Assembly (NCBI GenBank): GCA_013265495.1
Contig: MU058065.1
Location: forward strand, 10,271,720 to 10,335,719
DNA: 64,000 nucleotides
Origin: Vicugna vicugna
Lineage: Eukaryota
Direction of reading: 5' to 3'
Part shown: positions 1 to 13,505 of the stretch, one piece after another
How positions within the stretch are numbered: position 1 is the stretch's first letter
Layout: each line of letters starts with the position of its first letter
The notes under the pieces: model-generated
Seen by the model: the letters and a program-made list of their open reading frames with translations, nothing else
The model's database searches: none
Told to the model about the DNA's origin: nothing
Position numbers and translations under genes: made by a program

Positions 1-1069
1 GGTGAAATGTACATAGATTAAGAGGAAAAACTGAGAAAGTTAGAAAAGAGGGAAATACAAAGAACAGAATCATCTATGGAAATTCTGTAATCATGTTGGA
101 CATATATTGCTGGGTTTTTCTATCCTGGTTCTGCTCCCTGGAAGTGACCCAACAGTCCGTTATTCTCCACGGCTCTCGGCTTTGCCCAATGAAAGCACTT
201 TCCTTTTACATCTTCTTCCTTGGCCACATTTGAAGAAGGCATTAAAAAATTTACTTTTTATTTGTGATGCTGAGCAACTTTTCCAGCCTGCTTCCTTCTC
301 ATAGAAAGTTCTAGGCTCGGAGGTGCTTTCCTATCTCAGATACATGTAATTTTAATTTAGTTCACACCAACAAAACTTTTTCTAACACAGCTCTCTCGAA
401 GCTTTGTGAGTCTTCAATATCTGTAACCCCATCAAGTCTATGTGCCATAAATTATGTTATCAATTTTTTTTTGAGGCATGCCTCATGTCTCTCTCTTTTA
501 TGGGTATTTCTTTACAAGAATCCTTTAGCATAGCTGAAAACATACCAACTTTTAACTTTTAGATCTTGAAGAGTGACACAACCAAACTTTTAATTTTTTT
601 GAACTTTATTGGTACATCCTGGATACAGCTTCTGCCCCTAAGCTTTCTCCATTTGTCTTTGATTTGAGGATCTTTTACTGGCTCAAGAAATTAGAGGTGA
701 GAAATTTCTATTTTCCAACCCCTCAAATTTAAGAATATGTGGACTTATATTTACATTTAATTCTTCTACTTCAGGCAATATCTTGTCAAAATGCAGATAA
801 TAAGAGCCAGCACACACTTAATATTCTTCCTGTAAACCACCAAGTCCCCGTCTACAAGTTCAAAATACACATACCCTACTTGACAAGGTGCAGTAGGCTA
901 TAGTTTGACAAATGTTTTACCACTATATTATAATTTAGGCAATAATTTTTCTTAACAGTTCCTTAGCCATTTTTTTTCCTGATCCCTGTAGAAGTGTCCT
1001 TATCACTCACTGGTCAACCTCAAAACCTATTTAATTTTTGTTACACCAGCACCCCATATCTCTGTTTCA

Positions 1070-1470
1070 ATTTAATAACAAATGTCTATAAAATCTCAGT
1101 AGCATAAAATACAAGCATATGTTTCACACCATAGACTGTGGGCCTTCTGGTATGATTCTGCTTCAAGTTTTGATGCTGTGTTAGCAATGTTGCCCACTGC
1201 GGGATGTGCCCTACACACTTTCATTTCTGGGGTGCAGACTGAAATATCAGCAGCTGCCCAAGGGAATAGTTTCTTATGACTATGACAGAACTACAAAAGG
1301 GCAAGTCTGTTGTATAAACACATTTCAAGTGCTTGCTGGATTCACATCTTCTAACATCCAGTTGGCCCAGGCAAGTCACACTGTTGAGCCCAATGTCAAA
1401 AAATAAGGAAGAATATACATTCTCTGGAAATAAAGAAGGAGAGAAGAAATTTTTGAACAATTGTCTAATA
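1070..1470 (-). mobile_element. Old MaLR LTR (MLT1J/K-like); 100-960 may be adjoining MaLR internal sequence
   Basis: Diverged match to MLT1 motifs (aatctcagtagcataaaa...; ttggcccaggcaagtcacac...gagcccaatgtcaa); boundaries approximate. Confidence 0.55.
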
Positions 1471-2514
1471 GAATACTTAGAACATTTTTCTTAATAATTT
1501 AGTTAATTTTAGAAATTGATCATAATATAACTTGTATTAAAAAGTTATTGTTTATAAGAGTCTAAAGAATTCATTATGGCAATAACTATCCATTTGCTAT
1601 GCTAGTGATTCAAACATCTGGCTATAGCTGTAAAAAAATATTTTCTTTTAGCTAAGATGGTTCACTCTAATCCTGAGAGGGCAAATGTCACCATTCTTTT
1701 TATTAAGTTAAAATTGCTCATTCTGAATAATATATTATAGTGAAAATGCATTTTAGAAAAAAAAAAAAACCTACTCTCAAAACCATTCATGGACAGAGAA
1801 ATCTATGTTAGCTGATTTGTGAAGTTATTAATGTTGCAACTGGTATCATCAATCTGAAAATGAATTCTGTATTTGTATTTTAAATGAGATCACAGTGTAA
1901 GATTGCCTCCATCCTTTTCTTTTGAAAACTAATACAAACCATCCTAGCTTAGCATTCATCTCTCTGCTGAAAAACTCCACTAATATAATCGTATACTGAA
2001 ATTAAAACTTGGTTCTTAAAAGTATCAACCTTGAAAACCTAGAGAATTTATAATTAGTCCTTTGAAAAAAAGTCACTACTTAATTATGGAACAATTATAT
2101 ATAATCCATGTAAAACCTGAAACTACACATATTGTTTAAAGTATACTGAAACAAATGTTATTTAGATTTATATGTAGAAATGTTGGACTGTATATACATT
2201 GTTAGTTCAAATAACATTTTAAGAGATTTAATTTAAAAATCAACCAATAGAAGCTTTTATAGACTATAACAGTAAGAATTTCAGCAAAATTATGAAGATG
2301 AAATTATACGGAGAGTGTGACCTGTCTTAGCTAGATAAGAGAAAGCTGATAGTTAAGTCTGCAGGAAGAGAAGACAATGAAAAGCAAATAGATTTACAAG
2401 GTAGAAGCTCCAAAAGGGCTTATGACTTGGAAAGAAATCTCCAGAAGTGGGGATTTAGACCAAAAATATGTAGATTAGTTTAAAATTTGATTGAAGAATA
2501 TTTGAACCCTTGAT

Positions 2515-2638
2515 CTCTAGAATGTAAGCACCATTAGTGTAGGGATCTTGTCTGTTGTTTTCATTGATAGACTTCAATTACCTATAACAATGTTTGTCAT
2601 ATAATCAGAATTTTTAAAAAATGTGTTAAGTGAATAAA
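2515..2638 (+). mobile_element. L2 LINE 3' end fragment
   Basis: ctagaatgtaagcacc...gggatcttgtctgtt...tgtgttaagtgaataaa resembles the L2 3' terminus. Confidence 0.65.
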
Positions 2639-3038
2639 CCTCCTTCCAAACCTCCCACAGCAGAAGACTTCTGACCTCCTAATAGAAACTAGAGATTCTG
2701 AGAAGAGGTTTGCACAGCCAAGAACGCTTGAGGTGCCACTGTAAACACAGATTCAGAATAGTAATTCATATTCATCAGTCCCTACACCTTGAGAGATCTC
2801 CTAATGCTGGCATAGAGATTCACCTCTCTCTCTCTCACTACGCAGGTGTTTATACTTTCCCTATGTGGGGAAATGAGTCATTGCTCAGTGAAAAATATGG
2901 TTCACTGTCTTATCAATTTGCTTTGAAGTCTAACCTTCAATAGACTCCACCCAAGAACTAAAAGCTTTCAATTAGTGTCTTAGTTCCTCTTCTTAATTTA
3001 AAATGAAAAAATAAAATCAAAGAAAAATATGGTGTTCA

Positions 3039-3585
3039 GGGGGAAGGGTCAATATGGAAGAGTAGGAAGACCCTGAGCTCACCTCCTCCCAAAGGCAGAT
3101 CAAAATTACAAATGCTTACATATCATCTATCTATGAGAACAACGTGAAGACCAGCGGAAAAGATTGTCCACAACTAAAGATACAAAGAAGGAGCCACCAA
3201 GGAGTTAGACAGGAAAAGCAGAGATACAGTCTAGTCAAAACCCACACACCCAGGCTGGCAACTCACAAACACGAGGGATATCACAAACCCAGAGGTATTC
3301 TCCAAGGAGCTGTGGGTCCCTCCAATCCCATATTGGACTTCCCAGCCTTGGGATCCTTTACTGGGGTGAATAGGATTAAAAGGTTAAACCTACAGGTATA
3401 AAATAAATAAATCACAAGGATGTAATATATAGCATAAGAAATATGTTAGTAATATTGTAATAATTTTGTATAGAGACAGATGGTTACTAGACCTATCATT
3501 TTGTAATGAATTTAAATGTCAAACCAATATGTTGTATACCTGAAACTAATGAAATATTTTATGTCCACAATATTTCAGTTAAAAA
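3039..3585 (+). mobile_element. Bipartite L1: ~325 bp of 5'UTR joined directly to ~220 bp of 3'UTR
   Basis: Starts gggggaagggtcaatatggaagagtaggaagaccctgagctcacctcctccc (L1 5' end type); from ~3362 matches an L1MA-type 3'UTR (ggtataaaataaataaatcacaaggatgtaatatatagcat...tacctgaaactaat...cagttaaaaa). Confidence 0.75.
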
Positions 3586-6500
3586 GTAAGATCAAAACAC
3601 ATTTAAGATCAAGTCCTGGCTGTTCCAGACTTACTGCTACAGAGGTTTTGGTTTGGCTTTCTGGATGGTTTGCTGCAGTCCGTGGGTCAGAGTTCTACTT
3701 TTGTATATGGTATGGCTCTTGTCAGTTAGTATACTCTGTGCCTCAAGTGCTTGCCAAGGGTTGGAGGTGAAGGAAGATAACTGACTACAAAGGAACAGGA
3801 GGAAATTTTCCAAATCTTGATTGTGGTGATTTCCATACTTGATTTCTTAATTTCCATATCTTGACTTTTGGCTATAGAGTAGTGCTTTTAAGAAAGGTAA
3901 TTGAAAATAAGAAGTTCAAGCAACTGATCAGTCATGGAGAGGCATGGATCATGTATGGGGATGGTAGGCAACATGACTGACACAGTAGGTTCAGAGGAGT
4001 AGAAAAGTAAAATCCTTTTTCTAAAATTATTAATACATGAGAGGGAGTTTACAAAAGGTTGATAATGATCAGAAACAGATTCCTTGTGGAAATGGAATGG
4101 GAGAGGGTGATGGGGTCAGATTGCAAAAGTCTCAAAGGAAAATTGCTTTTTCGCCTTATTTTTAAAAATGAGAGAAGAGGGTATTTGGAAGTGACATTGA
4201 ATAGCATGAAGCAACATAATCAACTCACTACTCAATCCTGGTACATCAGCAGCATTTGAGAATCTGCAGCCTCTCCTGGAGAAGGCTGAACCGGAAACAC
4301 AGTGCCCTTAGGAGACAGTCAAATTTCACTAGAGTGAGAAGCTGTAGTTCAGGGAAGACTGAGGGTGTAGGGGAGTTATTAGAAAGAGCTAGGAGACTTG
4401 CCTAAGCTTCACCTGCCATCGTGCATCATTTTTGGTACCAGTTCTGCCACTCTTCATGATGTTGTGTCTTCTGCCTGTCTAGAATCTATCCTCCTGATCT
4501 GTTATCTCTGGTTGTCTTGGATGTTTTCCAGTTTATCTTAATCTGATACACTTAATTCATCCCTTTTTTCTGCCACCAAACACTAGAATTTAACTATTTA
4601 GTGGGAGGAAGAAGGACCAGAAGGAAGAGAGGGAAGGAAGTAGGGAAGAAAGCATGGAACAAATATTTTATCCCTTATTTCAGATTATCTAATTTTCCCC
4701 CATCTCTTCTACATGCCTCTTGTTCTGTGCTTCTTCAGCCAGGCAGCAGAACTACTGGTAGTTTCTTATGCCATTCAGGTATCTTGGATGTACACATTGT
4801 TGGTTATGTAACATATGCCAAAATCTACCAACAACAGACCATAAAATGTTTAAATATGTTGTTTAATTATTTATTTCTGTTCCAAAAAGATCAAAAACAT
4901 TGACGTTGTAGCTGCATTTTTTTCCCTAATAAAATCATGAATTACCCTCAAAAAATGTTTTTCTGTTTCTAAATATTTTTTAGAGATTTAGCTTCTCTGT
5001 CAAATAACTGAAATGCTTGTGAACCATTATTTGTATCCTCTTCTCTTTCCCTCAAGTCCAAAAATGTGAAATCAAAAGTAAATTCTGAATAGGTAAAACA
5101 AGGATTACAATATATGAACAGAAGTTATACCTGGCTGCTTAGATGACTAAGGATATGACAGCAATTTGGAGCATACTCATTGTACACACATGACCTTTGT
5201 GATGCTACAGTAAAATTCTCAGTATCGCAGTAGCTTATTAGTATACTAATAAGCAGAGAGGCAGAAATCTGATATGGATGAATGCATATATTTTCAATAT
5301 TCAGGGTATTAGGAGAGCTTATATAGTCTCCGGAAACACTGCTTTCCATATCTTAAACTAATTATATGTCTAGCTCTACTGAGAGCAGTGATAATTTTTC
5401 GCAAACAAACTAAGGTTGCTTTAACTTGGCCCAGCTACCCTGACAAACAAAAGAGCAATCAAACTCACTTTCTCTGTTACTTTCTATGTATCTGAGCCTA
5501 TAATTGATTCCCATAAAAATTACTGTTACGTTACTCCACTTCATGGCCTCCCTACTGATTATTACAGCAAAAAGAAAAAAGGAAAGTAAGGAAAAAGGAC
5601 CAACGAAAGAAGGAAAGAAGTAAGAAATGGAGGAAAACAAAGAAGGAAGAAAGGAAACAAACCAGATGTTGATGTGTAAGCTAAGATATGCCTTTCATAA
5701 TGTTACTTCCATTCCTAAGTTTATCTGTAGTGGACTGCCCATGGGACACCATGGAACTGAGTGATTGCTCAGTGATTTCAAACAATGCAATCTGTGTTAA
5801 AAAGTTTGAATCAAAATGTAATTGATCATTGCTGGCCAACACTGCTGAAGCGAAAACAAAACATCAGCCCTACTGATTCCTTATTTGTTAAAATGAATCA
5901 AAAACAACAAACAGAAAAAACAAGTATGAGTGCACGTATAAACATAATCTCATGCACAACCCTGAAAGTAATTTATTTGGTACCATCATATTAAACATCC
6001 TTAGATGAGTCCCAGATATGCATGACTAAATAGTCAACTCAAATGTGCTTTATTATTCACACAAAATAATTTACACACAGACAAGGAATGATAAAAAGAG
6101 TCTTTGGAATTATACTTGTGCTCTGTGCCAATAGATTATTCTGAGAGTCAAGTGCAGGAAACTTATCTGAGGCTATAGAGTTTTGTTATTTATCATAAAA
6201 CTTAAAAGTTTAAGGTAGTACTTAACTAGATATTTACATACTCAGAAAAAAATAATAACTTGGTTATCCAATGTGACTGAAAGCTGTAGTCAAATAATAG
6301 CAGCCAATGAACTGTCTAGTCTGGGAAGCAAAACCTACAAAATAATTTCAGAAGCTATGCTTATACAATAAAAGTGACATGTTCATGATCATAATACTAT
6401 ATCATGCAAAATGAATGCTATCAAATTAAAAATAAAATTTGTAAAATGTATAATAAACCATTTTATCTTGAGATGCAATCCCTTAATAAGCAGTCTAGTC

Positions 6501-7249
6501 AGCTGGTTTCCTACCGTCACATCTTGTCAGTAAATAAAAGATGCCTAGTGTCAGCTCCTCAAAAAATCAAAATATTAATACCCCTTTAATTGAACCAGTT
6601 TAGATATGTACAATTTCTAAATTAAGTTCGAGTTATTTTCTCATTTAGAGACACCATCCTTTCTCTACCGAAATGTTGCAAAATACACTTTCCATAATCT
6701 TGCTCAGATTAATCACCCAGGGCTCACAAAATTGAGTGTCATCTAATGTCAACAAATTCTTTAAAAAAAACCAACAGCGAGCATATTATTCGAGGCTGGT
6801 GTCTCAAATTCTATTTGTAGTTCTTCTGTTCATACTTGTCTCTCAATATCCTCTCTCTCCTGTTTTTCAATCTATATTCTACAAATCTCAGGATTATTAA
6901 TCTCCTATCAAAGAGAGTAGCCTTGTTTCCAGCTTTGCTGTCCACTCTCTCCTCTCTCTTCTTTCAATCCAGGCACCATCGCTTCTCACTGGCCCTTTTT
7001 CCTCGTTTGCTAGTCTCCATTCTAAACTCACTTCTTGTGTTATTAGAACTCACAATGAATTACATAAGGAGAACAATTCTTAAACCTTCTTACCTTGATT
7101 CCTAAAAGCTTGTCTAAAAGAAGTAACATGCTTTACCTTAAATCTTGTATATTCCTGGGTAATGTTTTGCCAGGACAGGCCCCCTTTTGGTTCTATTTTG
7201 TTACTTCTCTTTTCAGTTTCTCCTCTGTTGAGATTGTTTAATATAGTTG

Positions 7250-7878
7250 TGAGGTAGGAAAACAGATGTGGGGTGTGAGGAAGGCTGTGTTCCAGGCTTT
7301 GGTTGGGTCCCAGGATGTGCCCCACCAAGTGTGGGTCGTTGGCTTCGCACAGGAAAGAATTCAAGAGGGAGCCACAGTTGAGTAAAGGCAGATTTATTCA
7401 GAGAGATACACTGAAAGGCAAGAGAAAGGCCACGAGGTGTGGGGGTTGGGTGTTCAGATTAAAAGTAGGTGCACATTCCATAGACAGAATTCGGGTCTCT
7501 AGAAAGAGGGAGAGAGAGGCAGCTGCGAGGTGCTGTGTTGCTAGTTTTTATGAGCTCAGTGGCTTCATATGCTAATAAGTGGAAGGACCAGTCTAAGTAG
7601 CCTGGGGAAGGGGCTGGGATTCCCAGGAAGTTGGCCATTTCCCACTCTTTGACCTTTTGTGGCTAGCCTTGGGACTGCCACGGTGCCTGTGGGCATGTTA
7701 TTTACCAAGTTAATATATAACAATGAGCATATAATGAAGCCCAAGCTCTGCTAGAAGTTAAATCTCCCATCATCTTGAGCCTCAAGGCCTTCTGGGGGTT
7801 GAATCTTTCACCATTTTGATGTTAATTGCTGTAGCATTCCTTGAATGGCTGTGCCCTGCCCCCTTCCATCCTGTCTCA
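7250..7878 (-). mobile_element. Solo LTR, ERV1 class (629 bp)
   Basis: TG...CA termini with imperfect inverted ends (tgaggtagga / tcctgtctca); perfect 4-bp TSD gttg at 7246-7249 and 7879-7882; AATAAA on minus at 7393-7398. Confidence 0.9.
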
Positions 7879-8049
7879 GTTGTGGCATTCTATCTCCATT
7901 CTTGTTTTCTATAACCTCTGTTTACTGCTTTAGTACCTGGTTTCCAGGGTCCATAAATTACTTTAAATAGTATGTCCACTTCAAAATCATATTGAGAAAT
8001 TATCTAACACACTAACCTAAAAGATCTTTTAACCTTCTCTACTCTAGAA

Positions 8050-8250
8050 CAATGGAAAACAACATTCTACAGGACAAATCTGGCCTCCTTGTTTTTGTAA
8101 AAAAAGTTTTAGTGGAATCTAGCCACGCCTGCTTGGTTGAATGTTGTTCTAGGACTTAACCTGAGGGCAAAATGAGTAGTTGCAACAGAGACCACAAAGT
8201 CAAAAATACTTACTGTCTGCCCTTTAATGAAAAAAATTGGCAAATCCCGT
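8050..8250. mobile_element. MER58A-like hAT-Charlie MITE
   Basis: ttttgtaaaaaaagttttagtggaa...gagtagttgcaacagagacc...aaaatacttactgtctgccctt. Confidence 0.7.
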
Positions 8251-8414
8251 TTCTAGATTTGCTCCAAATCACTCATCATATTAGCAATCATTATCTTCAG
8301 ACGGCAGGTCTGTGAATCTCCCTTGTCAGGTGGGTTTTGAGATTTTTTTTCTACCCTAAAAGACTAAAGATATAAGGAAAGGATCATGACCTTTGATTCC
8401 TGCATATTCTAAGC

Positions 8415-8591
8415 CTGTGGTTCTCCAAGTGTGGCAGAGAACAGCCTTAACTGGGAACATTTTAGAAATGTAAATTCTCACACTCTACCCTAGATACACT
8501 GAATTAAAATCTCTGCAAGTAGGGTCTGGCTGCATATGTTTTAATAAATCTTCTAGAGATTCTGGAGCACATGTAAGTTTGAGAACCATTG
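8415..8591. mobile_element. MER5A-like hAT-Charlie MITE
   Basis: Terminal inverted repeats gtggttctccaagt ... agtttgagaaccat; internal ttagaaatgtaaattctc. Confidence 0.75.
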
Positions 8592-8852
8592 CCTTAGGTA
8601 AAGCAATGACTCTTACCTCACTGCAGAAATCTCTCAGGAAATCACCCAATTTCCTTTCTGTTTATCTCTGTATTTTATTTTGTATCTTTCCCTTTTGGGT
8701 TTCAAATGAGATATTTGTGTGCCTTTATAAGGCTAACGCCTCCACTGGTCTATTAATCCCATATCTTTCCCGCTCTGCCAGTCCTTTCATCCATCAGTGC
8801 CTTCTCTCACAAGCCCACCCCCACCTTCCTCTTACATCGACAAATTTAGTTT

Positions 8853-9197
8853 TGTTGACTGAAATAAATGCACAGCCTTAAAGTTGAGAGTTATGTTTTA
8901 TTCTTTAACTAAAGAAACCCAGGCATCTCAAGTTAAAGAATTTAGTGCTTTTCTATGTATGGGAGGAAGCAAACATTTGGGCCCATTGAATTCATTCAAT
9001 TGACAAGCACTTAGCTATCTAGGGCCAGGATCCTGTCCTTTCTTATTCTGAGTCCCCTCAGGGTGCACCATTGTGAGTGGCTCCAGAGGCTGGGCTGCAG
9101 GCTGGTCTTCGCTGGGGGGTTGGGGGGGGCAGCCGCTGATGACTTGATGGCTTTAGCATTCTGTTTACTGATAAAGCTTGCCGTATTTTCGTTCACA
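8853..9197 (-). mobile_element. Short solo LTR, ERV1 (MER41-related), probably internally deleted
   Basis: tgttgactgaaa...ttcgttcaca with TG/CA ends; near-TSD gttt (8849-8852) / gttc (9198-9201); tttatt (minus-strand polyA signal) near 8897. Confidence 0.75.
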
Positions 9198-9599
9198 GTT
9201 CATACACCAGCTTTGTTTTTGCTTACCGATACTCTCAAGGCATGCCTTCTGCCTTCTGTTTCTTAGTTAACATCTTCCACCATCTAGTTGTCTAAGCCAT
9301 TGAACAGGGAACAAGGAGTCATCCACCTTTGAGTCCTTTTCCAGAGGTTTCATTTCTGATTACTGATAAAGACTTGCTGATTTTCTCTCTTAGTTCTTAG
9401 ATTCTTAGATTCAACCCCTCTCCATCCCTGCAGTCCCTGACTTAGTCTCGGCCAGAGAAGGCAAGTGCATAGCTCTGAGATTACAGCAGGTGGCACTGAT
9501 AGACTATCTCTCTCTGTCCCACAGAGATTAGATTTAGCCCCAGAGTCTGTCTCAGTTTAGTAGCCTAGATCAGCAGTGCTATCTGATTACTCTGATGCT

Positions 9600-9785
9600 A
9601 GTTCATTGGTTCTCAATTGCTGGGCTAAAGACTGGTATCTGGCTGGTTGCATTAGACTCCTCTGGACAACTTTTGCAACCACAGACTGCAGAGCCCCATC
9701 ATTGACTTCGTTCCTTTAATGGTGGGAACTGGATGTATTTTAAAAAGCACTCTCAGATATTTGAGGAGAACACTGGCTTCAGAAC
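9600..9785. mobile_element. MER5B-like MITE within degraded L2 sequence
   Basis: cattggttctcaa...tgcattagactcctctgg...ttttaaaaagc...ttgaggagaacactg. Confidence 0.5.
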
Positions 9786-12078
9786 CATTCTTCTGGATGA
9801 GACCTATTGATGGCCCTGTTTCAGTAATATCTCATTTTGACTATTTCAGTCGACTGAATGATATTCTGATCTCATCTCTCTTGAAACTTTGTTTTTCTGT
9901 GTTGCATCAGGGTGACCCTTAAATTTTTTTCTAAACTCAGTTATGGTTGTCTAATCCAACCTTTATAGATTTTTGAGCTTTTCCTTTAAATACAGAATAA
10001 ATTAAAACTTCTAACTATTATGTATGAGGCCACTTTCAGTATATACCATCTTATATTCCAGACACATATTTTGAATAGTCTTTCCTCTGTTAATTCTCTG
10101 CAACACTCTGGCCATTCTATTTGCTATTTTCTCAAAATGTCATGGAGTCTCACACCTCTGTGCCTTTGTTTATGTTATTCATTCTGTCTGAAATACATTT
10201 CTTGTGAAATATGCATCTTGTGTATATTGACCTATCCAATTCAAATGTGACTTTCATTCTTTTTCATACTTTATTGTCATTGCTCTTGAATCTGCCTTCT
10301 TTAAAGCAATGAGAGGTTTTGAGAGTAGCAATAAAATTATTTTTAAATTTCAAATTCCCAAATCAGAGCCTAGAAATTAATCATTGCTTTCTGTTTCCAA
10401 ATCCGCACCTTTTGAATTCCTCCCAAATTGCAATTTTCTTTCTGAGATCTTAACTTCTTTGTATTAGTAGATGATCTGGTAAGTTTTTGCCAGAGTGAGA
10501 ATTCCATAGGTAGAGAAATAGGAGACAATCCAAAATATTGGGGAGTAATAGCAGAAAATGGATGCAGTATTCTGGTCATTTTGTAAAAATGATATGGAAA
10601 AATTTTATGACTAAAAGATAATAATGTCCATGGTCATCTAAAAATGCATAAAGAGAGAAGAGGGATTTAATTACATTCAGGAGTGATATACTGGTGGGAT
10701 TTTTGATTGTAAAGATATTATAAGTTATGTATAAGCAAGATGAAAAAAATGTGGCAACTGTAAATTTTAACTTATTAACACCAAATCCTTTCATATGTCT
10801 CCCTTTCTATCTCTCCTACAGTGCTGACAAATTTCCTTAAGCCCATTATTTCTTGTCTTTTACCAGTAATCGCTAATGACACATATGTGAGACAATTAAC
10901 TAGACTTCAAAAATTGGCCTAAAGTTGTAGAAAGGGGTAAACTAATTGACAATGATGAGCACTGAGAATTTAACCTAAAATCATTTGCATTATACCTTGT
11001 GTGTTCATTACTTATAATAGGTATTTTCCCATTTGATTCAGAACATTCTTAGGTGGTATGAATTTCTCTAAAATTTAAGCTAAAAGCACAAGCTATTTGA
11101 TGTCAGAGTTAGAACTAGTACTTATATTTTACTAGTCTCCTATTATCTTGCTCTATTCAGTAGAAGTGAATTACAACAAAAGCAATAATAAATATTGTAC
11201 CAAGTTAACTATGTAATATTTTGTTTGGAAAAATTCAGGGATTTCAATTGTAATTACAACTTATCTGTTGTAGCAAAGAAAATTTAGCAGCAATAATTTC
11301 ACCTGATTTATTTATTACAAAATTTAGCTGCCTAAGAAAAAAAATGTAAAGTATCCCTTGGAAACATTATTTTTCTCAGTTATCAGTAAACTATTTTTCT
11401 ATTTTACCTTATTTTAAAATCTTAATTTGATTTCTTCAACCTGAATCTAAAATATGGAAAGAAAACTTTTGTTCTGTTTGCAAATGCCAGTTGACAAATC
11501 ACTAAATATCAGTCTTCTAAATATGGTATTAAATGGATCACGATTACCGAAACTGAGTTTTGTTTGTTATCTCTAAATGTCAAGGGAAAATAATTTCACC
11601 ATCTCATTTGTCCCTTCTGAGTGATTATTTACCTTTGAGTGCACTAGATTGTAATACTAAGGAAAACTTAATAATACTTAGAACAAAAGATGTATTTGCT
11701 ATTGTCAGCCACAAAATTAAAAACCCAGTTGTAGATTAAATGTTCTGCAGTAAATATCATGATTGGAAATGTGAATATATTAATCTTTTAGAAATAATAT
11801 TATAAATAATAGTTCCCAATATGTACAGAATTTATGTTTATTCCCTATGTACGACAGGGAAATATGCTATAATCCTTGTGTGAATTTAAGAGGCATTGAA
11901 TGATACATGTTCATCCAATTCAAATGATTCTCTTTCTGAAGGGAAGGAGGCTTCATCAGAGGAGAATGGAGAGTTAGCTGGATACTTTCTGGAGCTTCTG
12001 AATATGGATATTTTCAAGAGCTTTAGAGTTTTATGTCATCTATTTTCCATGTGTATAGTTTAATTTTCAAACATAACT

Positions 12079-12410
12079 CTTTTTTTTTTACTTTTTTAGA
12101 ATATATTTTTATTGAAGTATAATCAGTTTACAGTTTTGTGTCAGTTTCTGGTGTACAGCACAATACTTCAGTCATATAGGAAAACACATGCATTCATTTT
12201 CATATTCTTTTTAACCATAAGTTACTACAAGATATTAAATATAGTTCCCTGTGGTATACAGTATTAACTTGTTGTTTATCTATTTGATACATAGTAGTTA
12301 GTATCTGCAAATCTCAGACTCCCAATTTATCCCTTCCCACCTCCTTCCCCCTCCACCAGTAACTATAAGTTTGTTTTCTATGTCTTTGAGTCTGTTTCTG
12401 TTTTTTACTT
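12079..12410 (-). mobile_element. 5'-truncated L1 3'UTR (lineage-specific)
   Basis: T-tail, then tttattgaagtataatcagtttacag...tccctgtggtatacagt...tgagtctgtttctgtttt; possible TSD ttttttactttt at both ends. Confidence 0.85.
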
Positions 12411-13064
12411 TTTAAATGGTCTCATTTTTATTTGTAAAACAATTAGCCTTAACTTGATACAATGAAATAAGTAACAATAAAGGAAATAAGTCAAGGGAAT
12501 ATAGCATAAAATAAAAGAACAAAGGAATAGAAAAATATATTACAGAGAAGCAAGTAATTAGATTTACCTGCAGCAAATGAACAAGAATTAGAACAGAGGA
12601 AAGAGGAAAGCCATTAATAGAATATCTTCAGACACATTTGTAAAGGCAATCGCCCTTGATGGAGTTAACCAAGCTTACTGCGTGAAAGTCTGAACTCTTT
12701 AATGATATGGTACTTGTCTATCTTCCTATGGGCAATGTCTCTGTCATTGTCTCTATCCTGAGAGGTGGAAACTATGGGCTAATTACATCTGAAATCATCC
12801 CTAGTGCATTGTATAAAGGAGATACACAATATATGCCGCTGGTTATGAAGTAATAGTCTACATGGCTCCAACTCTACATTTTGGAAGGGGAAACATATTA
12901 ACTGTATAATTTATCCTTTTGCTCTCATTAAAAAGAATGCTTCTTATATGCCTAGCATTGATCATGGCAATTGGATAAAAAAGAAATATTAAAACTGTTT
13001 ATTAAGAATTGTCCTTAAGAATTAACAGGGATACTAAGATAAAATATAAACATGATTCACTCCA

Positions 13065-13505
13065 TTGGCAGATGGCATAAGTGCTACCCTGTATCGATAA
13101 GCATCCCAAGGTTACTTTGCCACTCCTCCCGTGAAGACCAGGAGTCTATTTTCCTATCCCTGGAAGTCTGTCTGGGTTCGTGAATGGTCTATTCTCTCGA
13201 GACCCTGCTCAGTCCAGATTAGGCTGTTGCAGGTTGAGAGACTAGGTAGAAAGCAAGGTCAGCACGCTTGCCTGAGAGGAGGCCCCAGAGATGTAAGAGA
13301 GAGCCCAGCCAGGATTAGCAAATCCTTTTCCTGCTTCCCAGTTTTCATCATATTGATGAGGAAATAAAGTTGAGACCAGCTGAGTGTGGACCAGAAAAGA
13401 ACTGCCCAGTTGACCCAAAGCATCATGAATTAGTGATATAGTTTATCTTTTAAGTTACTAAGTTTTTGGAATACTTTTTAACGCAGCAAATGCTAACTGA
13501 TAAAA
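13065..13505 (+). mobile_element. MaLR LTR (MLT1H/I-like)
   Basis: ttgccactcctcc...ggagtctattttcc; ends ttttaagttactaagtttttgg...gcagcaaatgctaactgata. Confidence 0.7.

Noticed and set aside
5057..5092. 36-nt exon-like segment
   Set aside because: Stops in all three frames and weaker splice sites
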